Positions 59,001 to 64,000 of a stretch of 64,000 bases of DNA are shown piece by piece. The notes beneath the pieces were generated by a model. It saw nothing but the letters and a program-made list of their open reading frames with translations. It did no database searches and was not told the DNA's origin. The stretch is from Gemmatimonadaceae bacterium. GTDB taxonomy: Bacteria > Gemmatimonadota > Gemmatimonadetes > Gemmatimonadales > Gemmatimonadaceae. Location: the NCBI GenBank assembly GCA_045803585.1, contig JBJMOT010000116.1:5219-69218 (forward strand). Reading direction: 5' to 3'. How positions within the stretch are numbered: the first letter of the stretch is position 1; each line of letters opens with the position of its first letter. Both the position numbers and the translations under genes were made by a program.

Positions 59001-59305
59001 ACGTCGGTGCCGATCTCGAAGGTGACGGTCAGACTCACCGAGCCGTCGGCGGTGGACGACGACGTCATGTACAGCATGTGCTCGACACCGTTGATCGCAT
59101 CTTCGAGCGGTGTGGCAACGGTTTGGGCGAGCACCGTTGGATTCGCGCCAGGATAAATGGCGCGAACGGTGATGGTCGGCGGCGTGACTTCGGGATACTC
59201 GCTGATCGGAAGGTTGCGGACCGAGATCAGGCCCGCCGCCAGGATCACCAGCGACAGTACGACCGCAAAGATCGGGCGGTCGATGAAGAATCTGGAAAAT
59301 CGCAC
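56069..59305 (-). CDS. HAE1 RND efflux permease (MexF/OqxB-like)
   Basis: FFIDRPIFA, GIVVDDAIVVVENVER, KNAILIVEFA, RLRPILMTS. Confidence 0.96.
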   Translation of the reverse strand: MRFSRFFIDRPIFAVVLSLVILAAGLISVRNLPISEYPEVTPPTITVRAIYPGANPTVLAQTVATPLEDAINGVEHMLYMTSSSTADGSVSLTVTFEIGTDVDLAQVQVQNRVAQAVARLPEEVRALGVITEKRSPDITMVVHLFSPDGRYDPVYLRNYALLNVRNELSRIPGAGQVIVFGAGDYAMRVWLDPNRVASHGLSAADVVQAIREQNLQVAAGTVGAPPMNDPVAYQLTVNAHGRLADETEFGNIIIKTGADGQVTRLRDVSRIELGAGTFSLRALLDNKAAVAIVIFQAPGSNALALSSGIRARMAELKTRFPEGVDWSAVYDPTLFVRDSIREVIYTLLLATLMVVIVVVLFLQTWRASVIPLAAVPISIVGTFAVMLATGFSINTLSLFGMVLAIGIVVDDAIVVVENVERHIEEGLSPLEASHRAMEEVSGPIIAIALVLCAVFVPVAFISGLTGQFYRQFALTIAFSTLISAFNSLTLSPALAAVLLKPRNAPADAPTKIMNRLLGWLFVPFNRLFSRGSARYGRAVQQVTHRSIVALAAYGILVLVGILGFARVPKGFVPSQDKRFLVAIAQLPDAASLDRTESVVRRMTEIALKEPGVEHAVEFPGLSISSFGPKPNAGIIFIGLKPFEERKSKDLKSGAILASLNQKFSSIQDAFVAVFPPPAVNGLGAIGGFKMMLEDKAGLGDSTLYATAQAVLGRAYQTPGLAGQFSSYQINVPQLFADVDRDKVKQLDIRLNDLFSTLQIYLGSQYVNDFNKFGRTYQVIAQADAPYRSGAENITQLKVRNGRGEMVPLGSVLTMKQSYGPDQVTHYNGYPAADISGSAAPGVSAGAAVQTMEALTNETLPNGVGYEWTELTYQQKLAGNTAILVFPLCILLVFLVLAAQYESWSLPLVIVLIVPMCLVSAIAGVWLTRGDNNVFTQIGLLVLVGLACKNAILIVEFARDLERKGADRYTAALEAAKIRLRPILMTSFAFIAGVVPLIVASGAGAEMRRVMGIAVFSGMLGVTFLGLVFTPLFYVRIRGLVDRHPDRHLDKPVAIPDDVQPIHTWRPALAVEKEGGSHV

Positions 59306-59332
59306 TTGATTGGCTCGGAGAAGGTTGTGTCG

Positions 59333-60511
59333 TTACCGCGCTGCTGGCGCCGGGGTCGGGCTTTCGGCGACCATAGCCGCATTGGTGGCGGCGACCTTCA
59401 TTCCGGGCCGGACCCGCATCAGGCCGTTGATGACGACGCGCTCTCCGGGCTTGAGCCCTGAGTCCACTGTGCGAAGTCCGTCGAAGAGGCGCCCGATAAC
59501 CACCGGTCTGTACTCAACCGTCGTGTCAGGCTTGAGGACGAGCACGAACTTCCGGTCCTGATCCGTTCCAATGGCCTGATCCTGAACGAGAGTCGCCGTG
59601 TGGCGGTCGCTGCCGAGGAGCCGCACGCGTGCGAAAAGACCCGGTGTGAAGACGCGATTGGGATTTGAAAGGAGCGCCCGAGCGCGGATCGTCCCCGAAG
59701 TGCCATCGACGCGGTTGTCGACGAAGTTCAGTCTGCCTTCGTGCGGGAATCCCTTCTCGTTGGCGAGACCGACCAGTACAGGCCGTCCGTTCGCTGTACC
59801 GGCCGCTGTGCCCATGTACTTCAGGTAGGCTTGCTCGTCGGTGTCGAAATAGACGTAGATCGGATCCAGCGAGACTATCGTCGTGAGCAAGGTCGGCGAC
59901 GGAGCCCCGGCCTGAACGACATTTCCCGGCGTGATCTCAGCTCGTCCGACGCGGCCCGAAATCGGGGCACGCACTACCGTCCATTCCAGATTCAATCTCG
60001 CCAGCTTCACCGCAGCCTGGGCAGCGCGAACCTGAGCGTCGCCTTCGGCCTGGCCACTCGTACGCGCGTCCAGCTCCTCGCGTGAGATCGCCTGGGTGTT
60101 GACGAGTTTCTTGGCGCGTTCGACTTCCATGCCGGCGAGCTGATTACGAGTGCGGGCCTCGGCGAGCACCGCTTCGGCGCGGGAGACTTCGGCTTCGTAG
60201 GGGCGCTGATCGATGACGAACAGAACGTCGCCCTGATGGACAGTTGCGCCTTCAGTGAATCCGATACGCTGTACGAACCCGCCAACGCGCGGACGCACCT
60301 CGACCGAATTGACTGCTTCGAAATGTCCGGTGAACTCGTCCCAGTCGGTGACGACCCGCTCGATCGCTGGCGCTACGGTTACCTGCGGCGCCTGCATCTG
60401 CGGGGTGTCTTTGTGACAGGCGGCGCACAGTGTGAAGATTGCAGCGGCGGTCCATCCGCCGTTGTGAATTCTGATGGAAGCGGATCTGGCGCGTGACAGG
60501 GTGGAACTCAT
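59333..60511 (-). CDS. RND periplasmic adaptor (MexE-like)
   Basis: WDEFTG, VEVRPRVGG, VRAPISGR, PGLFARV; GGAG RBS before ATG 60511. Confidence 0.93.
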   Translation of the reverse strand: MSSTLSRARSASIRIHNGGWTAAAIFTLCAACHKDTPQMQAPQVTVAPAIERVVTDWDEFTGHFEAVNSVEVRPRVGGFVQRIGFTEGATVHQGDVLFVIDQRPYEAEVSRAEAVLAEARTRNQLAGMEVERAKKLVNTQAISREELDARTSGQAEGDAQVRAAQAAVKLARLNLEWTVVRAPISGRVGRAEITPGNVVQAGAPSPTLLTTIVSLDPIYVYFDTDEQAYLKYMGTAAGTANGRPVLVGLANEKGFPHEGRLNFVDNRVDGTSGTIRARALLSNPNRVFTPGLFARVRLLGSDRHTATLVQDQAIGTDQDRKFVLVLKPDTTVEYRPVVIGRLFDGLRTVDSGLKPGERVVINGLMRVRPGMKVAATNAAMVAESPTPAPAAR

Positions 60512-60577
60512 GTTGCACTCCATTAGCGGTAGGCGACTGCTCGGAATTGACTGTAGCACTGCATCATTGTTCATAGT

Positions 60578-60640
60578 ATGTTACCGATCGGTAACATCCG
60601 TAAGCACCCCAATGTTACCGGTCGGTAACATTGGAGTCAA
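60578..60640. promoter_or_regulatory. Two palindromic TetR operators overlapping the efflux promoter
   Basis: ATGTTACCGATCGGTAACAT (60578-60597, perfect) and CCAATGTTACCGGTCGGTAACATTGG (60609-60634). Minus-strand -35 TTGACT (60635-60640), 17 nt, -10 TAACAT (60612-60617). Confidence 0.85.
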
Positions 60641-60658
60641 GAAGGGGTAGAACCTATC

Positions 60659-61303
60659 GTGCAAACAGATATTCACAAGAACGGCGCGAAAGCGAAGAAG
60701 CGCGGGTCGGCCATGCCCGTTCGTGAACGGATTCTGGTTGCGGCAGGTGATCTCTTCCACAGGCAGGGAATTCGTGGCGTCGGCGTCGAGGCCATCGCTG
60801 AAGCCGCCAGAACCAACAAGATGACCCTCTATCGCTACTTCGAGTCGAAGGATGAGCTGATAGCGGAATGGGTGCGCGGCATCGTCGCGCACAAGGAAGA
60901 GGAGTGGAAGGATCTCACCGCCAAACACGTCGGGAACCCGCAGGCGCTTCTCCAGGACTGGAGTCGCCGCACCGCCGCCAAGCTCCGGGCGATGGAGGAG
61001 CGAGGCTCCGCGCTCGGCAATGCGCTCGCCGAACTCCCTGACCCGGAGCATCCGGCCAGGCGCGTTATTCAGGATCACAAGATCCGGGAGCACAAACGCG
61101 TCGTACGGCTCTGCAAGGCTGCCGGTTTCCAGGATCCCGTTCTCGCCGCCAACCTCTTTTCGATGCTCCTCGAGGGCGCCCACTCCTGCGCGCAATGCAT
61201 TGGCATGCGCCAGATCGGCGAGCACCTCGTTCAGGTCGTGGACCTGATGGTCGAGAACACCCGGCAGCAGCGGCTGCTCGCCGAGTATCCAACCGCGCTT
61301 TGA
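60659..61303 (+). CDS. TetR/AcrR family regulator
   Basis: RERILVAAGDLF...GVEAIAEAARTNKMTLYRYFESKDEL; divergent from the RND operon. Confidence 0.93.
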   Translation: MQTDIHKNGAKAKKRGSAMPVRERILVAAGDLFHRQGIRGVGVEAIAEAARTNKMTLYRYFESKDELIAEWVRGIVAHKEEEWKDLTAKHVGNPQALLQDWSRRTAAKLRAMEERGSALGNALAELPDPEHPARRVIQDHKIREHKRVVRLCKAAGFQDPVLAANLFSMLLEGAHSCAQCIGMRQIGEHLVQVVDLMVENTRQQRLLAEYPTAL

Positions 61304-61363
61304 ATCAGGGATTGACGAGCTCACATAAGATCGTCGTTCGGGCCGCGGGTAAATCGACACGCC

Positions 61364-61422
61364 GGCGGAAAAGCCTTTAAGGCAACTGGACGGGTGCGAG
61401 CAGTTGCAGTTGTTGTAGCGAG
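61364..61422 (+). repeat. Intergenic motif copy B
   Basis: GGCGGAAAAGCCTTTAAGGCAACTGGACGGGTGCGAGCAGTTGC...TGTAGCGAG; 21 of 22 nt core identity to copy A. Confidence 0.6.
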
Positions 61423-61473
61423 TTCAGAGATGCCAGACTGGCATCACCGTCCTGCCTAAATACAATTCAACCC

Positions 61474-62040
61474 ATGCCAACACACGAAACCCTTTCCCTC
61501 TGGGAAAGCTTTTACGTCATCGTCGGTTCTTCAGCAGGCGCTTTGACGGGCCTGCAATTCGTCGTAATGGCGCTCATCCCGGAGTCGAGTCAGCGCGCGG
61601 GCGAGCACGAGATCAACACTTTTGCGACGCCGACGATCGTGCACTTTTGCGTCGTCCTGCTAGTCGCGGCCATCCTGAGCGCTCCGTGGCCGAGACTCGC
61701 GGAGCCGGCGATCGCGATTTGGGTCTGCTCCGCGCTTGGGATTGTCTACACTCTGATCGTCCTGCGCCGCGCCCACCGGACGACCGAGTACAAGCCGGTG
61801 CCGGAGGACTGGATATGGTTCTGCATTCTTCCACTCCTCGCCTACGTAGTGATGGTCCTCGCAGCGGGATTTCTTTTGAGCTTCACGGCGGTCGCGCTGT
61901 TCGGAATTGCCGGTGCGGCGTTGCTGCTTTTGTTCGTCGGCATCCATAACGCGTGGGACAGCGCCACATACATCGCCCTTCATACGCAGCACGGAAGATT
62001 GGCGGCGGAAAACGAATCGCGGCGCTCCACCCCGAGCTGA
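61474..62040 (+). CDS. Conserved hypothetical membrane protein
   Basis: WESFYVIVGSSAGALTGLQFVV, GIHNAWD, about five TMs; TACAAT 7 nt before the ATG. Confidence 0.8.
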   Translation: MPTHETLSLWESFYVIVGSSAGALTGLQFVVMALIPESSQRAGEHEINTFATPTIVHFCVVLLVAAILSAPWPRLAEPAIAIWVCSALGIVYTLIVLRRAHRTTEYKPVPEDWIWFCILPLLAYVVMVLAAGFLLSFTAVALFGIAGAALLLLFVGIHNAWDSATYIALHTQHGRLAAENESRRSTPS

Positions 62041-62074
62041 TAGTATCGGCGCGGAGGGGCCTGAACGGCCGTTC

Positions 62075-63043
62075 CTATCTGCGGGTGGCCAAGCGCTGCC
62101 CGACGTAGGAGGCCCAGGTCGTCCCGTGTCGCTGGCCGGAGTTTGAAAGGACCACCACGACTGTCCCGTCGGCGAGGATGCGCGCGATGCTGGTGTTGCG
62201 CGCGTCGCCACTGCCGGAGTGCATCACCTCCGAAACCTTTCCGCCTCTGACGTAGATCCGCGTTCCATATCCGTAGTGGATCTCGAACGGCGGCTCGCTG
62301 CGCACATGCATCAACGGCGATTCGAGCTCTTTGCTTTCAGTGCGGCCGAAGAGTTTTTCCTCGTGTATGGCGGTGACCCACCGGTAGATGTCCTTCGCGG
62401 TGCTCTGCATCCCGTTGGCGCCCTTGTGACCCCAGTCGAGGACAGTACCCTGAAATCCGGTTGATCGCATCTTCGCCGGAGTTAGCAGCTCGCGCTCGAT
62501 GTAGTGTTCCCAGGTGTCTCCGGACGCAACTTCGATGATGGCTGCGAGCAGTTGATAGTCATCGTCGGCATACCGATAGTGAGTTCCCGGCGGGTACTCC
62601 AGACGCTGGGCGAGAATCGCTGACACCGCCCCCTCACGGCGCACTATACCGGTGCCGGCGGAATGCCCGGCGAGACCAGACGTATGCGTGAGGAGATGAA
62701 AGACGGTAATCTCCCGCTTCTGTTCCGGCAGGTGCGGGAAGAACCGCGAAATCGGGTCGCTGAAGGAAACGCGATGCTGCGAACGCAGCCTGAGAATCCC
62801 GGCGGCCGTAAACCCCTTGGTCATCGAAGCGATGTTGAACTTCGTGTTGACCGTAATCGGTTTCGAAGTCGGCTGCGAGTAAGCTTTCTCGAAGATGATC
62901 GAGTCGCCTCTGGCGACGAGCACCACGCCCGCAAAACCACTGTCGCGTTGGGTGCGGACGATCGCGTCGATCCGCGCGGCAGACTGGGCACCGCAGGGTA
63001 AGACAGCGAAGGCGAGGGCGAACCAGACGAGAACCCTCGTCAT
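62075..63043 (-). CDS. Beta-lactamase-family serine hydrolase, exported
   Basis: ASMTK, LLTHTSG, YAD, HSG; signal peptide. Confidence 0.87.
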   Translation of the reverse strand: MTRVLVWFALAFAVLPCGAQSAARIDAIVRTQRDSGFAGVVLVARGDSIIFEKAYSQPTSKPITVNTKFNIASMTKGFTAAGILRLRSQHRVSFSDPISRFFPHLPEQKREITVFHLLTHTSGLAGHSAGTGIVRREGAVSAILAQRLEYPPGTHYRYADDDYQLLAAIIEVASGDTWEHYIERELLTPAKMRSTGFQGTVLDWGHKGANGMQSTAKDIYRWVTAIHEEKLFGRTESKELESPLMHVRSEPPFEIHYGYGTRIYVRGGKVSEVMHSGSGDARNTSIARILADGTVVVVLSNSGQRHGTTWASYVGQRLATRR

Positions 63044-63047
63044 CCGA

Positions 63048-63413
63048 TTACAGCAGGATTACGACCGCCGTCAGAATCACCGCCGTGATCACCGACTTCA
63101 CGTACACGGTGCTCGCCTGCCGACGTACCTGACTGAGCTCCGCGGTATCGGAAATTGTTTCGGGCCCGTTGTCCATGTCGCGCTGACCGCGCGATGCCAA
63201 TCGCACTCACGTTTTGTCGCGCGATTGGAAGAGGCCAAGCGCGCCGGCGTAGAACACCAGAATCAGCGGCAGGCGCCATAGAAGTGGCGCGTGGACCGCA
63301 ATCAGAAGGACCGCGATCACCGCTCCAGCGACCAACGCCACCAGCCCGAAGACGACGCGTTTGCGCTGCTCGCCCGCGCCGATATTCGCGATCTGTTGTC
63401 CTGCAGACGCCAT
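63048..63413 (-). CDS. Candidate 121-aa membrane selenoprotein (in-frame TGA at codon 69)
   Basis: GAGG RBS; the 68-aa ORF ends ...FQSRDKT-TGA (63207-63209). The same frame continues VRLASRGQRDMD...VITAVILTAVVILL-TAA and ends 4 nt before the next ATG. A SECIS-like hairpin follows the TGA. Confidence 0.7.
63168..63206 (-). promoter_or_regulatory. Putative bacterial SECIS element
   Basis: Stem TCGCGC / GCGCGA with apical loop GGTCA starting 18 nt after the UGA. Confidence 0.6.
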
Positions 63414-63504
63414 ATGATTTCCTCGACTGCCACCTAAGGGTGGAGGTCACGCCCTATCGGGTCAACCCTATTGTCTGCTGTGTAAGAAAAGGACGGTGGC
63501 GCGC

Positions 63505-64000
63505 TCAGTTACGCAGGGCCGCAAGCTCCGATCCGATGAGCTGAAGCGCTTTTTCGACCAGCGCGGCATTACCTGATTGGTGAATCCAGCTGCTCGCGCC
63601 GGATGGATGCGGCAGCGGTATCGCGACACCCTGGCCACCGGTGTAATCGACGGCATGCCTGGTCCCGATCAGCTCATTCAGTGGCAGCTTGGGCAGGAAC
63701 CGCTCGATCGCCAATCGTCCGACGGGAATGATCACGGCCGGCTGAATGATACGCAGCTCCGCCTCGAGCCAGTCAGCGCACTGCGACTGTTCTTCCCGGG
63801 TTGGAACGCGATCTCCTCGCCCGCTCGGATGCGCCCCAGGGAAGCAACGTGTGATGGCGGAGATGTAAATCAGCTCGCGAGCTGACTTTTCGTCGAGGCC
63901 GGCACGCGCCAGCCACCGAAAGAGAGTGCCCCCAGCGCGGCCGGAGAACGGCACCCCTCCTTCCGCTTCCACTTTGCCCGGGGCTTGTCCGACCAGCATC
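63505..64000 (-). CDS. Uracil-DNA glycosylase family protein (5' end may lie outside the window)
   Basis: LVGQAPG, PFSGRAG, RCFPG, VGRLA, LPHPSG. Confidence 0.88.
   Translation of the reverse strand, partial: MLVGQAPGKVEAEGGVPFSGRAGGTLFRWLARAGLDEKSARELIYISAITRCFPGAHPSGRGDRVPTREEQSQCADWLEAELRIIQPAVIIPVGRLAIERFLPKLPLNELIGTRHAVDYTGGQGVAIPLPHPSGASSWIHQSGNAALVEKALQLIGSELAALRN

Noticed and set aside
63040-63450. 136-aa alternative-frame ORF covering the candidate selenoprotein locus
   Set aside because: Arg/Gly-rich with no protein-like pattern; the TGA-containing frame has the RBS and the TM helices.
1-64000. CRISPR array, tRNA/rRNA genes, integrase, transposase or prophage
   Set aside because: I saw no regularly spaced repeats, RNA-gene signatures or mobile-element proteins on reading.

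Overview
GC-rich bacterial chromosomal segment of about 50 densely packed genes. It is probably Gemmatimonadota, inferred from the many exported peptidases, the carboxypeptidase-regulatory-like protein and the orphan TonB/TolB-like genes; I cannot confirm this. Most content is housekeeping or nutrition: an L,D-transpeptidase, three M28, two M1 and one S9 peptidase, nagB/NagX amino-sugar genes, thrC, queC/queE, msrA, an acyl-ACP desaturase and a TetR-controlled RND efflux operon. I saw no rRNA, tRNA, CRISPR array, transposase or prophage. The best candidates for novelty are: (1) a small membrane-protein gene (63048-63413, minus) split by an in-frame TGA followed by a bacterial-SECIS-like hairpin, i.e. 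a candidate unannotated selenoprotein; (2) an intergenic motif present three times (~1788-1847, ~54572-54604, ~61364-61422) that looks like an unknown structured RNA; (3) a promoter, ATG-TAG (Met-stop) minigene and intrinsic terminator ahead of an ATP-grasp/flavin monooxygenase operon, suggesting a minimal attenuator; (4) an orphan GspE/PilB ATPase fused to a pseudo-receiver and a GAF domain; (5) a REP/MITE-like palindromic element in full and internally deleted forms. Family assignments come from recognising motifs by eye, not from database searches.
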